A stretch of DNA of 64,000 bases, from positions 64,001 to 128,000 of the IMG/VR virus record IMGVR_UViG_3300043444_000502; one strand, given 5' to 3'. The notes under the pieces were generated by a model. It was not told the origin of the DNA, did no database searches, and saw only the letters and a program-made list of their open reading frames with translations. Position numbers and translations under genes: made by a program. How positions within the stretch are numbered: the first letter of the stretch is position 1; each line of letters starts with the position of its first letter. Below are positions 9,651-18,941 of the stretch, piece after piece. The stretch comes from a virus (Duplodnaviria > Heunggongvirae > Uroviricota > Caudoviricetes).

Positions 9651-10019
9651 ATGGCTCATGTAATTGGTGCTAGCGCTGAAGGTTTCGCGAACCTAGATGA
9701 AAGACCACGCTATTATTATGGTCTTCGTCGTGATGAGGAAGGTACACTTTGGTTGGGTAAAGCTGACCTAAAGGATCCTAATGATAACGTGCGTTTATAC
9801 GCACAACCTTTGACGCGTGATGGCGGTTTATCGCCTATTCCATTTCATGAGTTTTTTAATCAAAGAGAACTTTACGATACAGATGCTACTAACCCTGAAG
9901 AAGCATTATACTATCAGCAGTGGCGTATTGATAAAGTTAAAATTTCGTACTACATCGATGACAATGGCGAGTTTGTAGCATCAGTTGGTGCTGACAGAAC
10001 TTATCCAACAGATGTTTAA
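9651..10019 (+). CDS. Hypothetical (probable structural) protein
   Basis: ORF with RBS; YYYGLRRDEEG...YQQWR...YYIDDNGEFV. Confidence 0.55.
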   Translation: MAHVIGASAEGFANLDERPRYYYGLRRDEEGTLWLGKADLKDPNDNVRLYAQPLTRDGGLSPIPFHEFFNQRELYDTDATNPEEALYYQQWRIDKVKISYYIDDNGEFVASVGADRTYPTDV

Positions 10020-10053
10020 TAAATAAAAATCATATAAAGTAACGAGGACCAAT

Positions 10054-13000
10054 ATGGCAGAGTTTAAACTTGGTAGATTAAAGTTCTGGTGGAAAGGTGA
10101 GTGGCAAACAGGTCATGCTTACGTCAAAGATGATGTAGTTCGCTTTGGCGGTAAGTCATACGTTTGTATCGGCTCACACAATTCCGGAATTAACGATGAG
10201 AGCTTTTATACAGCTCTTGAAACAGCTCCTTTCAAATGGGAGTTAATGACTGATGGTATTCAGTGGCAAGGCGAATGGACAACAGGCACTTACTATAAAG
10301 AAGGTGATGTTGTTAAGTTTGGTTCTGACACATATATCTGCGTCGATGGAAATACAGCTTCTGCTGATTTCATGGCTGACCAAGATGCTGGTAATTGGGA
10401 AAACTTCGTTAATGGAGTTGAACTAGAAGGCGATTGGAATTCTTCACACAATTACCAAGTTGGTGATATCGTACGTTTAGGCGGTAATACATTTATTGCT
10501 AAGCGTGACAATACGAATGCAAAACCGACTGTTAGTACAGACGACTGGGGTGTATTCGTTCATGGTTTAAAGTGGAAAGGTCAATATGCTCCTACCACAA
10601 CATATTTCCCTGGTGATGTAGTTAAAGAAGGTTCTTCTTCATATGTAGCTATTGTAGAAACAATTGGAACTGCACCATCTACAGATTTAGCTAATACTAC
10701 ATGGAATGCAGTTGCTGAAGGCGACACATCTGATGTTTTAACTACAACAGGTGATATCGCTGTTTATGGCACAACAAATATTCAACGCTTACCTGCTGGC
10801 GCCGGTAATGCAGTTCTTCAAATTGATGCAGTTTCTGGTGTTCCTGCTTGGAAGCAAGATGTTGAAATTGCAGGCGATTTGATGGTACAAGGTGATGCAC
10901 ATGTTGTACAAGGCGACGTGTATCAAGGTCCAAATGCTCAAGATTATACACAAGACGTTGATATTTTCGATGTAACATCAGAAATTACTAGTGTTACAAA
11001 ATCGGCGACTCAAGTATTCATCTATTATGCTGTTGGTTCAGCATTAGCTAATGCTAATGGTGGTTATCATATCGATATGTCAGGTGTAGCTGATCCTAAC
11101 ACATTAATGAATTCATCATTCTCTGTTGATAGCAATAATACAACTAATCGTGTAATTACTATTACAGTCGCAGGTTTAACTGGAACTGGTACAGTTAATT
11201 TAACTGGTGCTACAGTTTCTTTATATGGTCCAAATGCATATGCAGGTATGACTGATGCATCTGGCGTATTCGTTGGTAATGCTGATTCATTTGTACAATT
11301 TGCTCTTAAGAATACAAATAACGGCACTGGTGCTTCTACTGACTTAATCGTTTATGCTGATAACGGTGATAATTCATCTGGTTGGATGGATATGGGTATC
11401 ACTTCATCACAATTCGATAATCCTGACTTTACAGTTACTGGTCCAAACGATGGTTATATTTTCATGTCTGCTCCTACTGGAACAGCAGGTAAAGGTGACT
11501 TGATTCTTGGTACTGGTGACGGTGGTCAACACAATGACATTGTAATGTTTACTGGTGGTTTTGATGCTGCTAACGTAAAGATGAGATTGATTGGTACAGC
11601 TCGTCCAGAAATTTCAGAATCAACAGGTATGCCAACTGGTCGTACAATCGAACCAGGCGTTGAAGTATATTTAACTTCAGTCGCAGAAAACTGGGATGAA
11701 GGTGCACTTCGTGTTGTTGGCGGTCTTGGTGTTCAAGGTAATATCATTACGAAGGGTGATCTTCGTGCTGAAATGGGTGTTATTTGCCAAGGTTCAAACG
11801 CTAAGAAATTAACAGAAGATGACTATGTTTACCCAGGTTATGTTGGTTTAACAAATCCTTCTGCAATTATGACAGGTAATGCAAACTCATTTGTACAAAT
11901 GTCATTGAAAAACTTTAGTACTGGCGATTTAGCTTCTACTGACTTAATTCTTTATTCTTCAGCCGGTGATAATAACTCTGGTTGGATCGATATGGGTATC
12001 TGTTCTGAGAACTATGATGATCCATCATTCGGTGTAACAGGTCCTGGTGACGGTTACATTTTTATGTCAGCTAAAGAAGGTTCTACAACTGAATTAGGTA
12101 ACTTATACGTTTCAACATCATCTAATGGTGTTCAAAATGATATCGTATTCTCAACTGGTGGTTTTGAAGATAGTTCGTATGAACGTATGCGCATTATTGG
12201 TTCAGCACGACCAGGCAAACAAGCTGGTGTTGAAATTTATTCTTCAACAAATTCAACAAGTACTACAACAGGTGCTTTACGTGTTAACGGTGGTATTGGT
12301 TTACAAGGTAACTTAAACGTTGGTGGTGATGTTAATATTAATGGTAACACAACTATCCAAGGTACAATTGTTATTGCCGGTGGTTCAACAACTGTTACAT
12401 CTCAAAACTTAGCTGTTCAAGATCCGATGATTTTCTGTGCAGACGGTAACTCTGCAGACATCGTTGATATGGGTGTTGTTGGTTCATATCGTCTTGCGCC
12501 AGATTCATACACAAGCGTTGATTTAGTAGGAGCTACATTTGCTGCTGCAGGAGAAACGCTATATATCACTAAAACTGCTCATGGTGCAACAAATTTAGAT
12601 CGTATGACTATTAGCAGTGCTAATAAAACTGAATATAATGGTACATACGAAACTATTACTATTGTAGACGCAAATACTATCACAGTACAAAAAATTGGCG
12701 CTACATGGAATGGTCCAGTTACAGCAACTGCAACATTAGGCGTATTTGTGAATGGTTTACGTTATGCAGGTTTAGTGCGTGATCACGTTGATGGTCGCTT
12801 TAAGTTATTCACTGCATATCAAGTTTCTAATAAACCTACAACTGTAATTAATCAAACTGATGCTCAAGATGCATTCTTAGAATTAGGTGCAATCAAAGTT
12901 ACTAATACTACAGCGTCATCAAGTTATACAACTGGTGCGGTAATTGTTAGTGGCGGCGTGGGTGTTTCTGGTGCGATGTATGTACAAAATGCATTATATT

Positions 13001-13329
13001 GCGGCAGCGATATTACAGCATGGTATTCATCTGATAGTCGCTTAAAAGATAATGTTAAACCTATTGAAGGCGCATTAGATAAGATTTCTAAAATTGGTGG
13101 TTATGAGTTCGACTGGAACGCAACTGCTAAAGAACAATTCCCAGATCGTGAAACACATGATATCGGTGTGATTGCTCAAGAAATTCAAGCAGTACAACCA
13201 GAAGTTGTTGTTGAACGTGATAACGGTTATTTAGCTGTTAACTATGAGAAGCTTGTTCCACTATTAATTCAAGGTATTAAGGAACTACAAGAGGAAGTTA
13301 AAGCTCTTCGTGCAAAAATTGGAGAATAA
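10054..13329 (+). CDS. Long tail fibre: four N-terminal CBM5/12-like repeats, internal 200-aa duplication, C-terminal intramolecular chaperone (peptidase S74)
   Basis: Four WxGxW...Y..GDVV repeats; STTTGALRVNGGIG motifs; SDSRLKDNVKPI...GVIAQE...VNYEKLVPLLIQGIKEL. Confidence 0.88.
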   Translation: MAEFKLGRLKFWWKGEWQTGHAYVKDDVVRFGGKSYVCIGSHNSGINDESFYTALETAPFKWELMTDGIQWQGEWTTGTYYKEGDVVKFGSDTYICVDGNTASADFMADQDAGNWENFVNGVELEGDWNSSHNYQVGDIVRLGGNTFIAKRDNTNAKPTVSTDDWGVFVHGLKWKGQYAPTTTYFPGDVVKEGSSSYVAIVETIGTAPSTDLANTTWNAVAEGDTSDVLTTTGDIAVYGTTNIQRLPAGAGNAVLQIDAVSGVPAWKQDVEIAGDLMVQGDAHVVQGDVYQGPNAQDYTQDVDIFDVTSEITSVTKSATQVFIYYAVGSALANANGGYHIDMSGVADPNTLMNSSFSVDSNNTTNRVITITVAGLTGTGTVNLTGATVSLYGPNAYAGMTDASGVFVGNADSFVQFALKNTNNGTGASTDLIVYADNGDNSSGWMDMGITSSQFDNPDFTVTGPNDGYIFMSAPTGTAGKGDLILGTGDGGQHNDIVMFTGGFDAANVKMRLIGTARPEISESTGMPTGRTIEPGVEVYLTSVAENWDEGALRVVGGLGVQGNIITKGDLRAEMGVICQGSNAKKLTEDDYVYPGYVGLTNPSAIMTGNANSFVQMSLKNFSTGDLASTDLILYSSAGDNNSGWIDMGICSENYDDPSFGVTGPGDGYIFMSAKEGSTTELGNLYVSTSSNGVQNDIVFSTGGFEDSSYERMRIIGSARPGKQAGVEIYSSTNSTSTTTGALRVNGGIGLQGNLNVGGDVNINGNTTIQGTIVIAGGSTTVTSQNLAVQDPMIFCADGNSADIVDMGVVGSYRLAPDSYTSVDLVGATFAAAGETLYITKTAHGATNLDRMTISSANKTEYNGTYETITIVDANTITVQKIGATWNGPVTATATLGVFVNGLRYAGLVRDHVDGRFKLFTAYQVSNKPTTVINQTDAQDAFLELGAIKVTNTTASSSYTTGAVIVSGGVGVSGAMYVQNALYCGSDITAWYSSDSRLKDNVKPIEGALDKISKIGGYEFDWNATAKEQFPDRETHDIGVIAQEIQAVQPEVVVERDNGYLAVNYEKLVPLLIQGIKELQEEVKALRAKIGE

Positions 13330-13335
13330 TACAAA

Positions 13336-14007
13336 ATGGCAACACGTTTAACACAGACCGGTATCGAATATCCAGACGGTACCGTTCAAATTCAACGCTT
13401 TGATGGCAATGATGATCGTGGCGGTCTTTTACAGATCGCTACGTATACTGGTAGTAGTACGTGGTACAAACCTGATGGAGCACGTCAAATTCGTGTTCTA
13501 GTTATTGGTGGCGGTGGCGGTGGTTGCGGTCACACAGAATCTGGTGGTGCAGGTGGTTTTGCTGAAAAATGGATTGATGTTTCTAGTTGGGCAAATGGTA
13601 CTGCTGTTACTGTAACATGTGGTGGTGCTGGAGATGGTAGAAACTATTTCCAAGGTTGTGGTAATGGCGGAACATCTTCTTTCGGTGGATATTGTTCAGC
13701 TTCTGGTGGTCATGGTGCTAACACACAATGGGGTCATACAGGAGGAACAGGCGGTGTAGGTTCCGGCGGAGATATCAACCTTAGAGGTGGCGGTGGCCAT
13801 GGCCATGATAATGAAGCTGCTTCTCAAGGTGGTACAGGTTATTTTGGTGGCGGTTCATTTGGTAACCACCACAGTTATCGCCCTCACTATGCTGAAGGCA
13901 CAAACCATAATGCACCCGGTGGTGGTGGAGCTGGTAACTGGATTACTAATCACGGTCGCGGAGCATATGGTTCTGACGGTGCTGTCATCGTTTATAGCTA
14001 CGCATAA
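13336..14007 (+). CDS. Glycine-rich adhesin-like protein, paralog 1
   Basis: YPDGT..Q; TWYKPDG...V.VIGGGGGG; poly-Gly runs; ends GAVIVYSY. Confidence 0.8.
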   Translation: MATRLTQTGIEYPDGTVQIQRFDGNDDRGGLLQIATYTGSSTWYKPDGARQIRVLVIGGGGGGCGHTESGGAGGFAEKWIDVSSWANGTAVTVTCGGAGDGRNYFQGCGNGGTSSFGGYCSASGGHGANTQWGHTGGTGGVGSGGDINLRGGGGHGHDNEAASQGGTGYFGGGSFGNHHSYRPHYAEGTNHNAPGGGGAGNWITNHGRGAYGSDGAVIVYSYA

Positions 14008-14019
14008 GGAAAAAGATTT

Positions 14020-14685
14020 ATGTCTATTAAATTAGGTCAAGCAGGTGTAGTATATCCAGATGGCGTAGCACAATCAACTAAATATGATACTTCGCTAGAT
14101 AGAGGTAAGGTTATTAGAGTTGACTTCTGGACTAGTAATGCTACGTGGAATAAACCAGCGGGTTGCAGAAAAATTTTCGTACAAGTAATTGGCGGCGGTG
14201 GTGGCGGTTGTGGCCACTGTGAAGCTGGTGGTGCTGGCGGTTATGCAGAAAAATTAATCGATGTTACTGGTATAGATAGTGTATCAGTAACAGTTGGTGG
14301 TGGTGGAGATGGTCGTAACTATCATCAAGGTTGCGGTGGCGGCGGTACAACATCATTTGGATCATATCTATCAGCATCTGGTGGTAATGGTGCAAATACT
14401 TGGGGTTCTCATACTGGCGGTCATGGCGGTGTAGGTTCTGGTGGTGACGTTAATTTACACGGCGGCGGAGGTCGTTCACATGGTGATCAAGGCCAATCTA
14501 AAGGTGGCGAAGGTTATTTTGGTGGAGCTAGTGCATCAGGACATCATGGCGGCAATTTCTACTCACACTACGCCGAAGGTTTAAATCATTGTCCTCCAGG
14601 TACAGGAGGTTCAGGAGAGTGGACATCACATTCTCGTGGTGCGTATGGTGTACAAGGTTGCTGTATCGTATATAATTATTCTTAA
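14020..14685 (+). CDS. Glycine-rich adhesin-like protein, paralog 2
   Basis: Colinear with paralog 1 (YPDG, TWNKPAG, GGGGGCGH, GGVGSGGDVNL). Confidence 0.8.
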   Translation: MSIKLGQAGVVYPDGVAQSTKYDTSLDRGKVIRVDFWTSNATWNKPAGCRKIFVQVIGGGGGGCGHCEAGGAGGYAEKLIDVTGIDSVSVTVGGGGDGRNYHQGCGGGGTTSFGSYLSASGGNGANTWGSHTGGHGGVGSGGDVNLHGGGGRSHGDQGQSKGGEGYFGGASASGHHGGNFYSHYAEGLNHCPPGTGGSGEWTSHSRGAYGVQGCCIVYNYS

Positions 14686-14697
14686 GAAGATAAAGTT

Positions 14698-15360
14698 ATG
14701 TCAGTAAAATTAGGTCAAACAAATATTACGTACCCAGACGGTACTACGCAAGCAGCTAAATATACATCTGCAGATGATAAAGGTAATTTACTAAGTATTC
14801 AATCATGGACTAGTAATGGTACATGGACAAAACAAGCTGGTGTAAGAAGCATTCGTGTTATGTTAGTTGGTGGCGGTGGTGGTGGATCTGGTCATGGTCA
14901 ATCTGGTGGTGCTGGCGGTTATTCTGAAAAAAGAATCGACGTATCATCTTGGGCTGATGGCACTACAGTAAGCGTCACAATTGGTGATGAAGGCGGTGGC
15001 GCACATTCAAATAACTCAGGCGGTCAAGGTGGCACAACATCATTTGGTTCATATTTGTCTGCAACAGGTGGTCGAGGCGCTAATCAAGATTGGGGTCATT
15101 GCGGTGGTCATGGTGGCGTAGGTTCTGGCGGCGACATCAATCTTCGTGGTGGTGGTGCATCAGGACATGATAACCGCGGAGGTCGCGGTGGTGCATCATT
15201 CTTCGGCGGTTCTAAATTCTCAGGTTGGCCAAATCACCATTTCTCACATCAACATGAAGGACATGTTCCTCCAGGTGCTGGTGGGTGTGGTGAACACGTT
15301 AATCATTCGCGCGGTGCGCATGGTGCAAGAGGTATCTGTATCGTATATAACTATAGTTAA
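14698..15360 (+). CDS. Glycine-rich adhesin-like protein, paralog 3
   Basis: Colinear with paralogs 1 and 2; His-rich loop NHHFSHQHEGH. Confidence 0.8.
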   Translation: MSVKLGQTNITYPDGTTQAAKYTSADDKGNLLSIQSWTSNGTWTKQAGVRSIRVMLVGGGGGGSGHGQSGGAGGYSEKRIDVSSWADGTTVSVTIGDEGGGAHSNNSGGQGGTTSFGSYLSATGGRGANQDWGHCGGHGGVGSGGDINLRGGGASGHDNRGGRGGASFFGGSKFSGWPNHHFSHQHEGHVPPGAGGCGEHVNHSRGAHGARGICIVYNYS

Positions 15361-15390
15361 TAGTTATTTTTTTATTATAAAGGTTATATA

Positions 15391-17013
15391 ATGCAAGTTA
15401 AAAGTGTCTTAATTGTTGGTGGTGGTAGTTCAGGATGGATGACAGCTGCAGCGATTAAAAAACAATTGCCACATATTGATATTACATTAGTTGAATCTGA
15501 TAAAGTTCCAACTATTGGAGTGGGCGAATCAACAATTGGTCAAATCAACAGTTTTATGATGGCTGTTGGTTTAAAAGATAAAGATCATGAATGGATGCCT
15601 AAATGTAATGCTACATATAAAACATCCATTAGATTTACAGATTTCAGAGAAAAAAATGAAAAGCCTAATACTTTTCATTATCCATTTGGAATATTTGATT
15701 TAACTGACAAAGAACGTGGTGCGATGGATTGGTTCTATATGCAATTAGACGATCCATCTATTCCTCCAGAAAATTTTGCTGAATTTTATCATGATCACGT
15801 TATCATGGCAAATCAGATGAAATTTACTGATAACAAAGATCATGAAATTAGAATGTTTAATTTTAAGTTTGATACTGCATATCATATGGATGCAGCGTTA
15901 TTTGGACAATACTTAAAAAATAATATTTGTATTCCTGAAGGTGTTAAACATATTGTTGATGATGTTACAGGAGTAATTCAAAATGAAGATGGTTATGTAA
16001 CTGGTGTTACAACGGTAACAAATGGTGTATTAAAAGCTGACCTATTTGTTGATTGTACTGGTTTTAAATCTATGTTATTAGAAGGTGCTATGGGAGCAGA
16101 GTTTGTTTCTTTCCATGACACGCTAATGAATGATAGTGCAATTGCTACAATTATTCCATATCTAGACAAAGATAAAGAAATGTCTAGTGTAACAAACTGT
16201 ACAGCAATTGATGCTGGTTGGGTTTGGAATATTCCATTATATAATCGAATCGGCACAGGTTATGTGTATTCTTCAAAGTTTGCAACTAAAGAAGAAGCTG
16301 AAGCACAATTTAGAAAACATTTGGCTTCAGATAGAATGGATTATGTCGATGAACGTTCTAAAGAACGTGCTGAACAAGCAGAATTTAGACATATTAAAAT
16401 TAAACATGGATGTCATAGACGTTCTTGGATTAAAAACGTAGTAGGTGTTGGTTTAGCTAATGGGTTTATTGAACCATTAGAATCCACTGGTCTTATGTTA
16501 ACGCATGAAGCAATTATGAAATTAATTGATGTGTTAGACATGAGAGATGGCTATGTAAATCAATATGATATTGATACATTCAATTTTACAATGTTTGATC
16601 AAGTAAATGGATTTAAAGAATTTATTTCTTTACATTATACTCTTTCTAAGAGAAATGATACTCCATATTGGAAACATGTAACTGAAGGTTTTACATATTC
16701 CAATGAAATGATTGAATGGAAACCTAAAATTAGAAATCCATATACAGATTTAGCATATAGAAATTTAGTAAATCACACATATGGTCCAGATCAGGGCGGT
16801 TTAATTTATATTGCAGCTGGTCATGGTTATAATCCATTATCTAAGCGTTGGATTGATGATGAAGCTCAACGCATTAATATAAATATGGGATATGATATAA
16901 AGAAAACTAGGAAGTTGTGGGAAGATCACGTTAAAGAGTTACAAATAACTTTAGACAAACTTCCGACACATTATCAATGGTTAAAACAAAATTATTACAA
17001 TAATCAGGAGTAA
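15391..17013 (+). CDS. Flavin-dependent (tryptophan) halogenase family protein
   Basis: GGGSSG FAD motif, IGVGEST, ATYK (PrnA K79-equivalent), WVWNIP (WxWxIP), FIEPLESTG. Confidence 0.9.
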   Translation: MQVKSVLIVGGGSSGWMTAAAIKKQLPHIDITLVESDKVPTIGVGESTIGQINSFMMAVGLKDKDHEWMPKCNATYKTSIRFTDFREKNEKPNTFHYPFGIFDLTDKERGAMDWFYMQLDDPSIPPENFAEFYHDHVIMANQMKFTDNKDHEIRMFNFKFDTAYHMDAALFGQYLKNNICIPEGVKHIVDDVTGVIQNEDGYVTGVTTVTNGVLKADLFVDCTGFKSMLLEGAMGAEFVSFHDTLMNDSAIATIIPYLDKDKEMSSVTNCTAIDAGWVWNIPLYNRIGTGYVYSSKFATKEEAEAQFRKHLASDRMDYVDERSKERAEQAEFRHIKIKHGCHRRSWIKNVVGVGLANGFIEPLESTGLMLTHEAIMKLIDVLDMRDGYVNQYDIDTFNFTMFDQVNGFKEFISLHYTLSKRNDTPYWKHVTEGFTYSNEMIEWKPKIRNPYTDLAYRNLVNHTYGPDQGGLIYIAAGHGYNPLSKRWIDDEAQRININMGYDIKKTRKLWEDHVKELQITLDKLPTHYQWLKQNYYNNQE

Positions 17014-17018
17014 TAAAC

Positions 17019-17546
17019 GTGGCAAAATATGCTTTATTTTTAAAAGATGAACCAATTTCACAAGATGGTTTAAAGCGCATTCATGAAGTAGTTAATTCTG
17101 CAGAAGAATGTTTTGAAGTACATGAATCATTTGAGTGGGTACAATGTCCAAATCAAGTATTAAACCGTGATTGGAAATTTAACACACAAACAAATTCTTG
17201 GGTTGAACCGGCTATTCCAGTAACAGAATATGGTATTGCGCGCAGAGTGCATTATGGAGAAGTTGGTGCTCAATTAGATCGCATTTTTCACGCAACTCAA
17301 GCTGGAGCAACTGATCCTCTTGGTGAATGGGCTGCAGAACAAGAAAAAATTAAAGCTGTATTTCCAAAAGATAATGCAGCATACACAAATGAATCTAATG
17401 CAGAAATCGTACGTCGCTGTAATGCTATTTTAGAAGAAGCAGAACGCGAAACTGGTGTTTTTGGCAAATATATCGATATGCGTCAAATGGCATTAGATTT
17501 ATACGATGATATTCAAGCTGGTCGTTGGGTTAATCCAGCAGCTTAA
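17019..17546 (+). CDS. Tail fibre assembly-like protein
   Basis: FEVHESFEWVQCP...W.F...W.EP...R..HYGEVGAQLD pattern typical of fibre-associated ORFs; GTG start. Confidence 0.5.
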   Translation: MAKYALFLKDEPISQDGLKRIHEVVNSAEECFEVHESFEWVQCPNQVLNRDWKFNTQTNSWVEPAIPVTEYGIARRVHYGEVGAQLDRIFHATQAGATDPLGEWAAEQEKIKAVFPKDNAAYTNESNAEIVRRCNAILEEAERETGVFGKYIDMRQMALDLYDDIQAGRWVNPAA

Positions 17547-17568
17547 GCTTCAAAAATTTAAAGCATAT

Positions 17569-17595
17569 ATAAAGGGAGATTCGATCTCCCTTTAT
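17569..17595. terminator. Hairpin/terminator ending the fibre-halogenase operon
   Basis: Perfect 12-bp inverted repeat ATAAAGGGAGAT-tcg-ATCTCCCTTTAT. Confidence 0.7.
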
Positions 17596-17614
17596 CATTT
17601 GGAATGGAACTATT

Positions 17615-18907
17615 ATGAACTTTGACAAAATTATATCTTTTGGATATCCACAATTTACTGAACAACCGCATTTATATTACACGTATTTAAAAAATGCACA
17701 TCCAAGATATCGTGCTGAAATTCGTGATTTATATTTTTCAGTACCATACAAATATAAATGGAATGGTCATGATTTTATGTATGGTGACGTTATGGCTGCA
17801 TCATCTGATGATAGACATTTTGAATATATGTTAAAAATTCAAAATGAATTTGGAATTGCTCTATCATTAACGTTTAACGAAACATATCCAAATAAAGAAT
17901 TATGCGGTGATAAAGATGTATTAAATGGATTTATTAATCATATTGGTAAATTCTATGAAATGGGTATTAGATCGTGTACAATATCACACGTACACATGAT
18001 GGCTATGGGTATTTTGCAAAAAAACTTTCCAGAAATGAAATGGAAAAATACAGTTAATCATATCATTACTAAACCCCAACAAGTAGTTGACATGTATACA
18101 TTGGGTTATGATGTTATTAATTTAGATCGTTCATTAAATCGCGATATGGATGCTTTAAAAGCAATTCAACCGCTGCGTAAAAAATATCCTGAAATGGAAC
18201 TGAGTTTACTAGTTACAGAAGGATGCATGCCACACTGTCCATTTAAAGTAGAACATGATACCATGAATAAAGAACCTGGTTATCAATATTGGCATAATCA
18301 TGGTAATGTTTCATGCGGGATTTGGAGAAATGTTGAAACAAATGAATTGCCTAGAATTGGCACTGATATGATTTGGGGCGATAAAGAAACTTTTTATGCA
18401 TATGCTGAAATGGTAGATTATTTTAAATTTTCAGGTAGAATGGGAAAACTTCCAGATAATGCAGATGCTGAAAATGATAAATTCGTTTGGTCGATGGTTC
18501 AACCAAAATCAAAAAGGCGTTATACTTACAATCCGTGGTTTTTAAATCATTTAGATCAAGGCACATACGCAACGGCAGATTGTCTACAAGATGTCATTGA
18601 GAATGATTTAGGTCCAATTAGTCCAACATGGGAATTTGGAAGATTTATTAATAAAACACATGATTGTAAAACCACATGGAATTCAATCAATGCATTAAAT
18701 GATGGTAACGTGTGGGCTACCAAAAAGGGTAAAGCTTTAAATCATGTTTTAAAAAATTGTAAAAATGAATGTTGGGATTGCCATGCATGTGAAAGAACGT
18801 TTGGAAGTAAAGATTTTGATTCTCTAATTGAAATCGATAGAGATGTTTCTGTTTTACAAGGTAATTTAGAACATTTTAAAGGCATTCCAATTATCAAGCA
18901 ATTATAA
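17615..18907 (+). CDS. U32 peptidase-like Fe-S protein (putative O2-independent hydroxylase family)
   Basis: INLDRSLNRD, LLVTEGCMPHCP, YFKFSGRM (cf. U32 LKIEGR), C-terminal CKNECWDCHAC. Confidence 0.6.
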   Translation: MNFDKIISFGYPQFTEQPHLYYTYLKNAHPRYRAEIRDLYFSVPYKYKWNGHDFMYGDVMAASSDDRHFEYMLKIQNEFGIALSLTFNETYPNKELCGDKDVLNGFINHIGKFYEMGIRSCTISHVHMMAMGILQKNFPEMKWKNTVNHIITKPQQVVDMYTLGYDVINLDRSLNRDMDALKAIQPLRKKYPEMELSLLVTEGCMPHCPFKVEHDTMNKEPGYQYWHNHGNVSCGIWRNVETNELPRIGTDMIWGDKETFYAYAEMVDYFKFSGRMGKLPDNADAENDKFVWSMVQPKSKRRYTYNPWFLNHLDQGTYATADCLQDVIENDLGPISPTWEFGRFINKTHDCKTTWNSINALNDGNVWATKKGKALNHVLKNCKNECWDCHACERTFGSKDFDSLIEIDRDVSVLQGNLEHFKGIPIIKQL

Positions 18908-18910
18908 ATA
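18903..18910 (+). promoter_or_regulatory. T4-type late promoter TATAAATA
   Basis: Exact consensus overlapping the U32 stop codon, 32 nt upstream of ORF 18942. Confidence 0.8.
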
Positions 18911-18941
18911 GATAAGAAATTAATCTATTTTAGGACATAGA

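Noticed and set aside
13336-15360. GGT/GGC runs as microsatellites or a CRISPR-like array
   Set aside because: Explained by Gly codons; there are no constant repeats with unique spacers and no cas genes
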